From the IMG/VR virus record IMGVR_UViG_3300029989_000005: a DNA stretch of 64,000 nt; one strand, 5' to 3'. A program made the translations under genes and the position numbers. This DNA is from a virus. This document shows positions 30,276 through 40,795 of the stretch, piece by piece. The notes under the pieces are model-generated. The model saw only the letters and a list, made by a program, of their open reading frames with translations, was not told the origin of the DNA and did no database searches. Position 1 is the first letter of the stretch; each line of letters starts with the position of its first letter.

Positions 30276-31406
30276 ATGATTACAATACCCGATATAAATA
30301 TTGTTATAGGTGATTTACATTTTGGTAGATATAGCAATGATCTGAAAGAGTTAGAAATATCACTTAACTATTTTAGAAAATTTATTTTGCCGATTCTTGA
30401 TAAGTTGAATAAAGCATATGGTGCTGAAAATGTTGGTATAATACAAGTTGGTGATGTATATGATAACAGATCATTAATTTCAACCGAAATACAAGATTCA
30501 ATACTCGATACGTTCGAAAAAATTTCTGAGCACAATATTGTTGTTGTTGATACGGGTAATCATGATAAGTTTAATCAAACAATAACAACAAATCGTGTGC
30601 TATCATACATAAGTAACTGTATTGTTGTAAGACAGCCTACAAGATTTTTAACAAAAAGCGGTAAAAAGGTATCATTCATCCCCGCAATTGAAAATAAAGA
30701 TGGATTAGCTGAGGTTATATCAAACGATGAATACGCTGATTATATGTTTGGTCATGATGATATAGCGGGATTTTCTCATGAAGGAATTATGGTAACCGAG
30801 GAAAAATCTATTAATATGTCACATTTTTCCAAGTATAAGCATGCTATCATCGGTCACATCCACAAGCCACAAGAGAACAAAAATATAGTTTATGTTGGTG
30901 CAGCATATCACACAAGGAAAAATGAGTGGGAAAACAAACCACAGATTATGATAATAAATATTGCCGATGAATCATTTAAATATATAGAAAATAATGTATC
31001 ACCAAAATATTTAAATGTATATCTTCCCGATTTATTGGATATGACTGTTACCGATGCAAATGATTTAATTAAAAATAACAGGGTTTCCGTGTTTGTTGAT
31101 GATTTTAATAGAATAAGTACAGTAAAGATAACTGAATTTCTTACAGGTTACTATTCACTTAAATATGAACAAAAAGTTGGTAAAATATATTCACAGAATG
31201 AAATAACTAATTCTGATGAAAATGTTGATTTTGATATAAATGATGATATCAAAGATATTATGTCAGAATACGTTACATCATTAGATTCTGTGATTATAGA
31301 TAAGAAGCTAATTCAAATTTCAGCGGTAACAAAGGATAAAATTATAAATAACCTTAACAAATTATATGAAATATCTAAAGACAATGTGAAAATGTTGGAT
31401 ATATAA
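30276..31406 (+). CDS. Mre11/SbcD-like nuclease (T4 gp47-like)
   Basis: Metallophosphoesterase motifs GDLHFG, GDVYD, GNHD, FGH, GHIHKPQ. Confidence 0.9.
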   Translation: MITIPDINIVIGDLHFGRYSNDLKELEISLNYFRKFILPILDKLNKAYGAENVGIIQVGDVYDNRSLISTEIQDSILDTFEKISEHNIVVVDTGNHDKFNQTITTNRVLSYISNCIVVRQPTRFLTKSGKKVSFIPAIENKDGLAEVISNDEYADYMFGHDDIAGFSHEGIMVTEEKSINMSHFSKYKHAIIGHIHKPQENKNIVYVGAAYHTRKNEWENKPQIMIINIADESFKYIENNVSPKYLNVYLPDLLDMTVTDANDLIKNNRVSVFVDDFNRISTVKITEFLTGYYSLKYEQKVGKIYSQNEITNSDENVDFDINDDIKDIMSEYVTSLDSVIIDKKLIQISAVTKDKIINNLNKLYEISKDNVKMLDI

Positions 31407-31449
31407 AAAGGAAAATTAACCATTATTAAACCATTTATTAATTACAGCT

Positions 31450-31815
31450 ATGCAAGAACTTATTAACAAATTAGCCAATTTAAAAAACGGTTTACAAGTC
31501 AAGAAATCTTTTAATACTCTCGATGAAATTTACAATAAAACGTATTTTACAGAGATGGTTAAGCATTTTGACACCACCATTTCTGAAATTTCTGAAGGTG
31601 TAGTAAACCGTTCTACCATTTCTCTGAAAATATTGGAGTATACATCATTAATTGATGAATTAATTGAAAAACGTAAGAAAATCGAGAATTTTAACGACAA
31701 AAATTCCACTATGGAAAGATCAAAGATCACGTCATACATTGATTTTTTAACTCAGCTCAAGGATGTTTTTAATGAAGAACTTGGTGAAGAATTAAAAGAC
31801 ACTTATAAAAATTAA
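31450..31815 (+). CDS. Hypothetical helical protein upstream of purZ
   Basis: 121 aa ORF ending 3 nt before the purZ start. Confidence 0.6.
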   Translation: MQELINKLANLKNGLQVKKSFNTLDEIYNKTYFTEMVKHFDTTISEISEGVVNRSTISLKILEYTSLIDELIEKRKKIENFNDKNSTMERSKITSYIDFLTQLKDVFNEELGEELKDTYKN

Positions 31816-31818
31816 TAT

Positions 31819-33222
31819 ATGTCACATTCAAAAACGCTTTTTAACCCCTTTTTTAAAGAAGGGAAAATTTCATTCATTATGGATGGGTTCGCTGGGAGTA
31901 GTGGAAAGGGTCTTTTAGCATCAAATTTGGTAAAATACAGCAATAATTGTAATTTTGCTGTTTCAACCAATGGTCAAAATGCATCTCATTATTATGAGGA
32001 AAAATTTCCTGATGGTACAGAAAAAATTATTTTATTCAAAGTACTTCCTACATCATCTGTTTATCATGAAAAACTTGATGCAGTATATGTTGCTCAGGGT
32101 GCTGCCTTTGAACCTCAAAGATTGCTTGAGGAAATTGAACTTACAGGTATACCACGTGGCAAGGTAAGAATTCATTACAAGGCGGGGATTATTTCCAAGC
32201 AAGACAGAGATTTTGAATCAGGTGTTTGTAATTACGAGGGTAAAGTTAACGAGGAACGCCAAAAGGGAACAGTTACCTCAGGTACAACCGCTAGCGGTGC
32301 GGGTTCTGTACGTGCCAAAAAATGTATGAGAAATCCTGATCAAAGGATTTATGCATATGAATATCCTGAATTACAGGATTTTTTGTGTGATACAGAACGT
32401 GAAATTATGGACAGACTTGATGCGGGTCAGTCAGGGCTTTTCGAAATTGCTCAGGGCTTTGCATTATCAAGTGGACTTTCATACAGTAAACGTAACACAA
32501 CGGCACGTAACTGCTCAATTACTGCAGCCATGGATGATGCAATGATTCCACCATTTTATGCGGGTAACGTATTTATTAACTTGCGTACATTCCCTATTAA
32601 AATAAACAATAAAAAGTGGGTTTTAAAAGGTGGTATTCAATATTATACTACAAATGAACTATCATTATCTGAGGTTAAGGCAAGATTTGATGAAAGGTTG
32701 TTTAATTTCGAAGATAATGAAGATTATTTGGTAAAAGTCATAACCAAAAAGGATATTTTCCTTACGGGATTTGATTTGGAAAAATACCCAAATATTCCAT
32801 ATGACGAAATTGATTCTTATTCTGGCGATTGGTATAGAAATGGATGGGAAAAACCCGAAACACAGGAAGAACTTACTTGGGAACAGGTTGAGGCTCAATA
32901 TGGTGGTGTGATTGATAAAAAAGCAATTTATACATCGCTTACTCTTATGCCAAGGAGAGTAGCCACATTCTCAAAAGAATTGCTTGTTGATGCAATAAGA
33001 TATAACAGACCATCTAAAGATTCTGAAATTTTTCTATCTTTAAATTTCTGTAATTGGCTTGATAAGGAGATTGAGGGTAAAACCAAATTAACTGATACTA
33101 CTCACAAAGTAATTGAGTGGCTTGAAAGCAATTTTGATGTTATCGATGAATTTGATAACGTATCACTTTCAATACTTGGAACAGGTAAATGGGTTGGAGA
33201 ATTTATTAGCTTTCCAAGATAA
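31819..33222 (+). CDS. purZ: PurZ-like 2-amino-adenylosuccinate synthetase (PurA family)
   Basis: P-loop GSSGKGLLA (Ser where PurA has GDEGKG Asp), NASH, SGAGS, TARN, RTFPIK, TSLTLMPRR (no PurA GR-RR Arg), LNF instead of TKLD. Confidence 0.75.
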   Translation: MSHSKTLFNPFFKEGKISFIMDGFAGSSGKGLLASNLVKYSNNCNFAVSTNGQNASHYYEEKFPDGTEKIILFKVLPTSSVYHEKLDAVYVAQGAAFEPQRLLEEIELTGIPRGKVRIHYKAGIISKQDRDFESGVCNYEGKVNEERQKGTVTSGTTASGAGSVRAKKCMRNPDQRIYAYEYPELQDFLCDTEREIMDRLDAGQSGLFEIAQGFALSSGLSYSKRNTTARNCSITAAMDDAMIPPFYAGNVFINLRTFPIKINNKKWVLKGGIQYYTTNELSLSEVKARFDERLFNFEDNEDYLVKVITKKDIFLTGFDLEKYPNIPYDEIDSYSGDWYRNGWEKPETQEELTWEQVEAQYGGVIDKKAIYTSLTLMPRRVATFSKELLVDAIRYNRPSKDSEIFLSLNFCNWLDKEIEGKTKLTDTTHKVIEWLESNFDVIDEFDNVSLSILGTGKWVGEFISFPR

Positions 33223-33239
33223 TACCTATTGATTATACT

Positions 33240-33276
33240 TTTGAAGAGGATAATTGTTATAATTATCCTCTTCAAA
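33240..33276. terminator. 16-bp hairpin after purZ
   Basis: tttgaagaggataatt / aattatcctcttcaaa. Confidence 0.6.
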
Positions 33277-33301
33277 TATATTTAAATAATAAAAAATTGC
33301 T

Positions 33302-34096
33302 ATGGCAGATGAATTCAATAATGAGATGAACGTTAAAAAGAATTACGAAAATGTATTCTTACGGTCTGTAATTGTTTCTTTCACATCTTTCATGTCAGAC
33401 ATAATTGAATTTGAAAGACATAAAAAAGGTAAAACTGAAATTATTAAATGCCCTGTGTTTTATTCATATACAGGTGATCAGGCTTTTCTGTCTGATATGT
33501 TTTTAGATTCTCACAGATTTCCATATAGTGGCGGGAAACAATTAGCTGAGGGTAATGTAATGCCTATACCCTCAGGTACATTTTCTGTCAAAGAATCGGG
33601 TGTACAAAATTCTAGTGTTAGTGGCGGTAATGAAAGGATTTTATATTTTGTAGACGAAGAAAATGAGCACGGTGTACAACCGCAAGTTCCGTATTCAGCA
33701 AGGGGTGTGTGGTTTCCTGAATCATTTTTGGTGGATTTAGAAATAAAAGCATCATCAGAGCTAGATAGGTTGAAAATATATGATGCTATAATAGAAAACT
33801 TGTACAAAACTAGGAAAACTTATATAGATGATTATAAAGGGTTTAAAAAGATACCTTTAACAATTGCATTTCCTGAAACACAACAATTAAGTAGATCATT
33901 TTCATTTTTTGCCAATTCACAAAGCGATTTACCATCTTTAAAATTGCAATTGGAAATTTATACAAAAAGACCTATAATTGATAAATCAACAGCACAAAAA
34001 CTTGATACTAAAGTTAAAAGTATACATATTGATGAATATTTGAAATCGGTTGGAGAAGAGGGAAACGAATTATTAGGTAGTTCAGATATTAATTAA
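33302..34096 (+). CDS. Tail terminator/sheath stabilizer (T4 gp15-like)
   Basis: FLRSVIVSFTSFMSDI...IKCPVFYS...P-GTF...DLEIKASS-LD-LKI-D-I. Confidence 0.65.
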   Translation: MADEFNNEMNVKKNYENVFLRSVIVSFTSFMSDIIEFERHKKGKTEIIKCPVFYSYTGDQAFLSDMFLDSHRFPYSGGKQLAEGNVMPIPSGTFSVKESGVQNSSVSGGNERILYFVDEENEHGVQPQVPYSARGVWFPESFLVDLEIKASSELDRLKIYDAIIENLYKTRKTYIDDYKGFKKIPLTIAFPETQQLSRSFSFFANSQSDLPSLKLQLEIYTKRPIIDKSTAQKLDTKVKSIHIDEYLKSVGEEGNELLGSSDIN

Positions 34097-34101
34097 AATT
34101 C

Positions 34102-35235
34102 ATGGCAAATATAATTAAAATACCAACAGAACCTATTGAACAAGTATTATCACAACCGTATAAAACTGACACGGTTGGATATTTTGTTAATATATTTAAC
34201 GGTAGGTCTAAAGCATCTAAACGAAAATTTAATTTTCCTGATAAAGGACAAGCGGCTCAATTTTATACTGATAATTCGGGCAAATGGAGAATAGATTTCA
34301 CGGATTTATCAGGTAATTTATTAGCTGATGAAAAAAGCTTGTTATTTGATTCAAGAGCTTTAGCATATTCACAATATGCTAAACTAATGAGCAAAAATAA
34401 GGAAGTTATAGAAAATACAGAGGATGATGTAGAGGATATAGTTATTGAACAACTTGAAAGGACATTTGAGCAATATCTCCCATCATTGGTAAAAAGTCAA
34501 CCAAAAAGAAAGTCAAATTTCAGTGATCTACCCAAATTTGATGATGAAGATGAAGATGAAGAACACGAAAAAGAACATGATGAGGATGTATTACAAGCTG
34601 AGGAAAAATACATACAGGCATCATCTATAGCACTTACAGAGGCAAAAAGCTTATTAGGCTCTATAGCTGAACTTTATATCGAAAAAGGTGTTATAGAAAA
34701 ATTTCCGTATTTCAAAAATAAATTATATTTTGAGGAGAATTCTATACAAATGATTCATACTCAAATGATGATTTCGCAGCTTGTGCTTAAGAAATTTTTT
34801 AAACAAGTAATTAAAAATCCTACAGCTAAAAACATTGAATCACTGTCTAAAATACAAATGTCACAATTAGCCTTGAGTAAATATCAAAGGGAATACTTGT
34901 CTGATGTCGAGGAATCTTTCAAAAAACTCAAGAAAGATTATGTTAATGGTGAATTTGTTAATCAGTCAGGAATAGAGGAAGGTGAGGTTATAATACCTGA
35001 TACACCTGTTTTCAATGATAGGAAAAAATTAATAATGGAGCTTTCTGAGGTTGTTGAAGCTGATGATTTAATACCTCTATCGCCCAATCAGAATTTAAGA
35101 AATAATATCAAAGATAATGAAAGAAACAGGTATGAAACATCGTTTAAAATTCACACTCAAAGTGAATCATCTAAAGACGAAGAAATACTTGTTGAAAAAA
35201 ACGCTGAGGATATATTTAGCAGCTTTATGGACTAA
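34102..35235 (+). CDS. Hypothetical protein, possible terminase small subunit (gp16-like helical core)
   Basis: Immediately upstream of the TerL piece; NPTAKNIESLSKIQ helical segment loosely like gp16 SPRHMEV. Confidence 0.35.
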   Translation: MANIIKIPTEPIEQVLSQPYKTDTVGYFVNIFNGRSKASKRKFNFPDKGQAAQFYTDNSGKWRIDFTDLSGNLLADEKSLLFDSRALAYSQYAKLMSKNKEVIENTEDDVEDIVIEQLERTFEQYLPSLVKSQPKRKSNFSDLPKFDDEDEDEEHEKEHDEDVLQAEEKYIQASSIALTEAKSLLGSIAELYIEKGVIEKFPYFKNKLYFEENSIQMIHTQMMISQLVLKKFFKQVIKNPTAKNIESLSKIQMSQLALSKYQREYLSDVEESFKKLKKDYVNGEFVNQSGIEEGEVIIPDTPVFNDRKKLIMELSEVVEADDLIPLSPNQNLRNNIKDNERNRYETSFKIHTQSESSKDEEILVEKNAEDIFSSFMD

Positions 35236-35239
35236 CACA

Positions 35240-36328
35240 ATGGGACTATTAGAAATTTTGGAAAAAACTTTAAATGCTATATTAAAAATAGTTATATTTT
35301 TAAATTATAATCTGTGGAAATATAAAGTTGAGGAAGACTGTATAATTAGTTCCTCTATTCCTAAAGATAATTTATTGGTAAACGGTATAAAGGGTGGTCA
35401 ATATTTATCGGCTGTCCATATTAAGACAAATGCCGAAATACTTAAAATAACTACTAAAAATGGATGCTTTGTAAAGTGTTCTGTAAATCATTTGTTTTAT
35501 GATTCAAATATGCAGATAATTGATGCTAATAACGTAACAAGGCAGACATTTTTAATCACAAAACAAGGAATATCACGTGTTGTAAAAGTAGAAAAATTAC
35601 CTAGACAATTTACTTTTGATGTTACAGTTGGTTCAGGAGAAATGAGTTATTTTTCTAATGATATACTGAGCCATAATTCTATTACATCAGGTATTTTTAT
35701 AATGTGGTATTTACTTACCAATTATGATAAAGGTGTCGCATGTACTTCGGCAACCGATGATAAAGTTAAAGAACTTATAGAAAAGATAGATACAATATAC
35801 GACAATTTGCCATTTTATATGAAACTTGGTATATGTGTTGATAATCAAAAGAGGAAAATATATGATAATGGCTGCTCAATAAAAGGTGAAACAGCAACAG
35901 AGAAAGCGGGTGCAGGTCTTACTGTTAACGGTATACTTTACTGTGATGAATTTGCACTGATTGACCCACAGGTATTAAAAATATTCTATCAAACTATTTT
36001 TCCAACAATGTCATCGTCAAAAACAGCAAAGATGATAATTACATCTACAGCAAGAGGCAGAAATTTATTTTGGCAATTGTACACTGATGGATTACTTGGT
36101 AAAAATTATTTCAATCCTATACGTGTAGATTGGTTTGATGTTGAGGGTAGAGATGATAAATGGAAACAAGAGGAAACAGCCAACATAGGTTCTGAGGAAG
36201 CATTTGAGCAAGAGTATGGAAATAGTTTTGATACCAATCAACAATTACTTTTGCCATCTGATGTTATGAAGTCATTAAAATCATATCAATCACACTTTAC
36301 AAATAATCGGCTTTCCAATGCATCTTGA
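35240..36328 (+). CDS. terL: Terminase large subunit ATPase fragment fused behind a split-intein C-half
   Basis: 146-aa IntC (CSVNH, FDVTV, YFSNDILSHN ending 35677), then +1 Ser SITSGIF (post-Walker A), Walker B LYCDEFA, motif ITSTARG, FEQEYG. Confidence 0.88.
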   Translation: MGLLEILEKTLNAILKIVIFLNYNLWKYKVEEDCIISSSIPKDNLLVNGIKGGQYLSAVHIKTNAEILKITTKNGCFVKCSVNHLFYDSNMQIIDANNVTRQTFLITKQGISRVVKVEKLPRQFTFDVTVGSGEMSYFSNDILSHNSITSGIFIMWYLLTNYDKGVACTSATDDKVKELIEKIDTIYDNLPFYMKLGICVDNQKRKIYDNGCSIKGETATEKAGAGLTVNGILYCDEFALIDPQVLKIFYQTIFPTMSSSKTAKMIITSTARGRNLFWQLYTDGLLGKNYFNPIRVDWFDVEGRDDKWKQEETANIGSEEAFEQEYGNSFDTNQQLLLPSDVMKSLKSYQSHFTNNRLSNAS

Positions 36329-36374
36329 CAACACAATTTATGTAATTATATAAGAACTTAAAACAAGTATTGGA

Positions 36375-36656
36375 ATGAAAAATGAAACTATTGCCCTATT
36401 GAAATCCATCAAGAAGACATCTGAAAGATATCAAGGTATAAACTTGTCATTAGAGAATGTTGAGATGATAAGAAATGATGTATCAAAATCGTTAAGTAGA
36501 GTAGATGTACACCAAAGAGATTTTTTAAATTATATGTGTAATTCATTTAAAAACCTTATTGAAATGGGTGATGAAATATTTTTACCCGATGCACTAGAGG
36601 CAAATTACACAGAATCACAGATTACACAATATTTAATTGATTTAATCGAAATTTAA
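36375..36656 (+). CDS. Hypothetical protein
   Basis: 93 aa ORF. Confidence 0.6.
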   Translation: MKNETIALLKSIKKTSERYQGINLSLENVEMIRNDVSKSLSRVDVHQRDFLNYMCNSFKNLIEMGDEIFLPDALEANYTESQITQYLIDLIEI

Positions 36657-36660
36657 AATT

Positions 36661-37179
36661 ATGGGGCTAATAATGCTTATATCGGTATTTTTGTTTTGTT
36701 TTGTTTTGTTTTATTGGAAGACCGTTAAATTATATAGCTATACAATTAACTGTTTCTATAATATTTGTGGAATAAAATATATTCAAGAAAAGTATACTAT
36801 AACTATCAAAGGAAATACCATTAATAACCTAAGAGTATCAACGTTTGGTACTATGTATTTAGTTGTAGTTATACCCGAAGAAGTTGAATCTGAATACTTT
36901 GATGAATACTTACAAACATATTTAACAATACTAGAACAGGCAATGGTTGTTCAGAATCTTTATGGCTTGGTGAAGACAAGAAAGGAAAAATATTTAGTTA
37001 CTTCTGATCAAGAAATTAAAAATGCCATTTTTTATATTAAATTTGTTCCAATACTATACAAAAATACATTTTCAAGATTCATATGTTATGTTTTGGTAAG
37101 CTTTTTATCTGTGTTTTTAATAAACCATTTTGAATTAATCAAAGTTGTTTTAGACATTATAAGGCTGATTAAAATATAA
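36661..37179 (+). CDS. Hypothetical membrane protein
   Basis: N- and C-terminal hydrophobic segments. Confidence 0.55.
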   Translation: MGLIMLISVFLFCFVLFYWKTVKLYSYTINCFYNICGIKYIQEKYTITIKGNTINNLRVSTFGTMYLVVVIPEEVESEYFDEYLQTYLTILEQAMVVQNLYGLVKTRKEKYLVTSDQEIKNAIFYIKFVPILYKNTFSRFICYVLVSFLSVFLINHFELIKVVLDIIRLIKI

Positions 37180-37185
37180 ATTGAT

Positions 37186-38664
37186 ATGATAAATTCAAAA
37201 CAAATATTTAATGACATGTCTATCTCCTATTTCAATGAAAATGGTGAAATAGACTTGGTTAATATTCCAATTTCAGATAGTGAAAAATTTGTTTGGGAGG
37301 AAGCAGGATTAGATGATAGATACAAACATCCTACTATAACATCTCAATTTGATAGACCCGTAAAAAAGATACGTAAAAATTATCTAACAAAATACAGGCA
37401 ATACGAATATATAAATAATTTACCACAGCATTTACAGGACAAAATATTTTCAGATAACAAGCCAAAGAAATGGTTTTGGGATATAGAAACAGAAACTGTT
37501 AATGGTGTGTATACCGAGGCATCCAATCCTATTGGTAGAATATTACTCCATACTATTTGTGATGAATATGGAAATGGTACTATATTTGGGATGAAGGAAT
37601 TGACGGGTGAGCAATTAAAAAGAATTGAAATAAAATTAAACGCTCATTTATCTAAAATATTGGATAAAAAAATAGTTAAACAAGTAAATCTAAAATACCG
37701 TCAATACAAAGATGAATACTCCATGAATTGCGATTTTGCCGTAAACTATATGAGCAAAATGTCTGTAATATTCGGTTGGAATGTTTTAAAATTTGATGCA
37801 CAATATTATTTTAATAGGTGTAAAAGAACAGGTATTGATTATGCAAAAATTATATCACCTGTAGGAAAAACATTTTCTCATTCGCTTTCTGATAAATACA
37901 ACAAAGAAAATAAAATAATATTAGATTTACCATTGCATAGACCAATTATTGATTATATGCAAATATTTGAATTCTTTGACCAATCTGTTGCGTATAAAAC
38001 ATCTATGTCATTAGGGTTTATTTCGAATGAGGTATTGGGTGTTACCAAAATTGAATACAATGGAAACTTACAAGATTTATACGACACAGATTTTGAGAAA
38101 TTTTGCTTTTATGGTATAACTGATGCTTTTCTTGTAGAAATGATTGACAAGAAAACCGATATATTTTCCTTGATGCAAACTATAACCAACATTGGAAAGG
38201 TTGATTTACTTTTGGGAACATCGGTTTCAATTATAATAGAATCAATCTTTAGTGATTATTATTACAAAACTTACAATAAGGTATTTATAAAAGAAGAAAA
38301 CATAAAAGAAGGCTATGCGGGTGCTTTTGTTGTTGAGCCAACAATAGGCTTATATGAATACATTGGCATTTATGACTTCGAAAGTCTTTATCCATCCATA
38401 ATGCAATTCCTAAATGTTGGTCTTGATACTTATATAGGTCAAACATATGACGATAAAACAACCGTTGTTACAAAAACAGGTGAGCAAATACCATATGATA
38501 AAAACACTATGATACGTGCTAACAATGGTGTAGTATATACAAGTGAAAAAGATGGATGTGTTAGAACTGTCATAGACAACTTGTTTACAAAGCGTGTTAA
38601 GGCAAAATATGCTAATCATGATATTGCTCATGATATAGAAGAACTTAAAAAATTAATAGCTTAA
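37186..38664 (+). CDS. Family B DNA polymerase, N-terminal part (exonuclease plus motif A); split gp43-like
   Basis: ExoI WDIET, ExoII GWNVLKFD, ExoIII YGITD, YAGAFV-EP, motif A YDFESLYPSI; stops before motif B (KxxxNSxYG). Confidence 0.9.
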   Translation: MINSKQIFNDMSISYFNENGEIDLVNIPISDSEKFVWEEAGLDDRYKHPTITSQFDRPVKKIRKNYLTKYRQYEYINNLPQHLQDKIFSDNKPKKWFWDIETETVNGVYTEASNPIGRILLHTICDEYGNGTIFGMKELTGEQLKRIEIKLNAHLSKILDKKIVKQVNLKYRQYKDEYSMNCDFAVNYMSKMSVIFGWNVLKFDAQYYFNRCKRTGIDYAKIISPVGKTFSHSLSDKYNKENKIILDLPLHRPIIDYMQIFEFFDQSVAYKTSMSLGFISNEVLGVTKIEYNGNLQDLYDTDFEKFCFYGITDAFLVEMIDKKTDIFSLMQTITNIGKVDLLLGTSVSIIIESIFSDYYYKTYNKVFIKEENIKEGYAGAFVVEPTIGLYEYIGIYDFESLYPSIMQFLNVGLDTYIGQTYDDKTTVVTKTGEQIPYDKNTMIRANNGVVYTSEKDGCVRTVIDNLFTKRVKAKYANHDIAHDIEELKKLIA

Positions 38665-38675
38665 AAATAAATATT

Positions 38676-38960
38676 ATGGAAGGTGAAAAATTAATAGTAG
38701 ATGTAATTAAAAGTAGAATACTTGTTAAAATTGAAGAACAAATTGAACAAACCGAAAGCGGATTGATAGCTATAAAAATTGATGATACAGACCAAACTCT
38801 TGGTGAAATTGTCGGTGTAGGTGAAAGTGTAGGTGAAAATACTGTTGTTGGTAAAAGAGTAATGTTTAATAGATTTTCAGGTACTCAGTTAACTATCGAA
38901 AGCAAAAAATATAGGGTTATGGAAGAGGGTGATATTTTATTAATCATAACCAAAAAATAG
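38676..38960 (+). CDS. groES: Co-chaperonin GroES
   Basis: RILVK...QTESGLI...GEIVGVG...FSGT...MEEGDIL. Confidence 0.92.
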   Translation: MEGEKLIVDVIKSRILVKIEEQIEQTESGLIAIKIDDTDQTLGEIVGVGESVGENTVVGKRVMFNRFSGTQLTIESKKYRVMEEGDILLIITKK

Positions 38961-39045
38961 CCCTCTGCTGCAGACGATATACTTTCCTTTAATTTAAATC
39001 ATTTTCATAATACTAACATAACAAAAATATATAAAATTTAAAAAA

Positions 39046-40644
39046 ATGAATGACAAAGTACAAATAAAAACAGGTGCTGAGGCAAGAGATACGATACTTT
39101 ATGGTGCAAAACAATTATGTGATATTGTATCATCTACACTAGGTCCTGGAGGCAAAAACGTATTACTCAAGCATTTAAATGAAAGAATCATACAATCCAC
39201 AAAAGATGGTGTCACTGTTGCTAAATTTATAGAACTTGAAAATGAATGGGAAAACATAGGGTGTAACCTGCTCAAGCAATCATCAATGAGAACGGCATTA
39301 AATGCGGGTGATGGCACTACATCTACGGTTGTGTTTGCTTATGCACTTATGAAAGAGATAAATGAATTTTTGAAATCAAATCCTGATTTTAATGTTCATA
39401 AACTCCGTGATGATTTAAACAAATCAAAGGATTTGATGATTGAATATATTAAGGATCATTCAATAATTTCAAAAACAAATAAGGATATTAGAAACATTGC
39501 CATGATTTCTACAAATGGAGATGTTAGAATATCCGATTTGATTGCATCGGCATATGATAAATTCGGAAATGAACATGGAACTATAATGGTTGAACCATCA
39601 CCATCAACTGAAACATCAATAACTATACAAAGCGGGATTAAAATAGCTTCGGGATATTCTAGTTATATGTTCATGACAGATGTTAATAAGATGATTTCTG
39701 AGCTAACAGATTGTGGTATAATTATAACAGACCACAACATTTCAAAAGGCTCTGATATGTTAAAAATTCTTAGTATAGCCAATACCAATTATAAATCATT
39801 ACTTATAATTGGTGAGAATATTGAGGGTGAAGCTGTTCAGACTATGATTGCCAATCATATGAGCCAAAAGATGAAAATATGTTTGATAAAACCAACATTT
39901 TACGGTGAAAGAAGAAAAGATTATTTGTCAATGATTGCATCCGCTACATTAGCAACACCTTTTTATATTGAGTCTGGTACTAAGCTAGCTGAATTCAGTT
40001 CTAAGTTTATTGGCTCTGCTCAAAAAATTGTAGTGAGTAAAGATGAAACAAATATTCAAATATATGACATTAATAAGCCTAATCTTGATACAAAAATTTG
40101 TCAAATAGAGGAAAATATAAAGTCTATGATTGAAACAGGTTCACCCGAAGAGAATGAGGCTATTCAATGGAAACGTAATTTGCTATCTTTTGCAAAGGGA
40201 AATATAGCTACGATTAAAATCGGTGGTAATTCCGATACAGAAATTTATGAGGTAAAGGATAGAATTGATGATGCAATAGCTGCCGTTAAATCATCTATTG
40301 AGGAAGGTGTATCGGTTGGTGCGGGTGCATCATACATAAAGGCTGCTTATCAATTACCACCTTATTCAATTTCAGGCAATTTGATTAAGTCGGCATCGGA
40401 ATCAATAAAAAGAAAATTGTTAAGCAACTTGTGTATTTCCGATATTGATAAGCTGATTATAGATGACATATTAGATGACAATAATGGTATTAATATGTAT
40501 GGTGAATTAGCAAACCTTGTCGAGGATGGTATTATCGACCCAACAAAAGTAATAAGGAATTGTATAGAAAATGCTATTTCCGTAGCTACAATGTTTTTAC
40601 TTACCGACAATATAGCGATGAAAGTCGAGGACATCTTAATATAA
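39046..40644 (+). CDS. groEL: Chaperonin GroEL
   Basis: STLGPGGKNV, TKDGVTVAK, AGDGTTS, KDRIDDA--A, GIIDPTKV. Confidence 0.95.
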   Translation: MNDKVQIKTGAEARDTILYGAKQLCDIVSSTLGPGGKNVLLKHLNERIIQSTKDGVTVAKFIELENEWENIGCNLLKQSSMRTALNAGDGTTSTVVFAYALMKEINEFLKSNPDFNVHKLRDDLNKSKDLMIEYIKDHSIISKTNKDIRNIAMISTNGDVRISDLIASAYDKFGNEHGTIMVEPSPSTETSITIQSGIKIASGYSSYMFMTDVNKMISELTDCGIIITDHNISKGSDMLKILSIANTNYKSLLIIGENIEGEAVQTMIANHMSQKMKICLIKPTFYGERRKDYLSMIASATLATPFYIESGTKLAEFSSKFIGSAQKIVVSKDETNIQIYDINKPNLDTKICQIEENIKSMIETGSPEENEAIQWKRNLLSFAKGNIATIKIGGNSDTEIYEVKDRIDDAIAAVKSSIEEGVSVGAGASYIKAAYQLPPYSISGNLIKSASESIKRKLLSNLCISDIDKLIIDDILDDNNGINMYGELANLVEDGIIDPTKVIRNCIENAISVATMFLLTDNIAMKVEDILI

Positions 40645-40795
40645 CCAAAATTTTCGGCACTATAGTTCAATACTCATTAGAACGGCTAGCTAGGGAAGTG
40701 TGATTGATACCCGAACCTAGCAGAATTCAATAAGTCACGATATATAGAATTTTTATCATGGTATGAAATCCATGTAGTGTTGAAAATCTTTGGTT
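40643..40795 (+). ncRNA. tRNA-shaped structured RNA in the leader of the gp32-like gene
   Basis: Acceptor-like GGCACTA/TAGTGTT with G-U pairs, D-like GTTC/GAAC, T-like CATGG/CCATG, two inner hairpins and an extended outer stem. Confidence 0.6.

Noticed and set aside
35117-35239. Upstream ATG extension of the terL ORF
   Set aside because: Overlaps the previous gene by 119 nt and has no intein block A or Walker A; ATG 35240 follows the upstream stop
36329-36374. Split intron joining the terL ATPase and nuclease pieces
   Set aside because: Flanks here and at 56902-56994 are short, AT-rich and lack group I/II structure
40656-40782. Canonical tRNA gene
   Set aside because: No 7-nt anticodon loop, no GG in the D loop, no TTCG T loop and no CCA; kept only as a tRNA-like RNA
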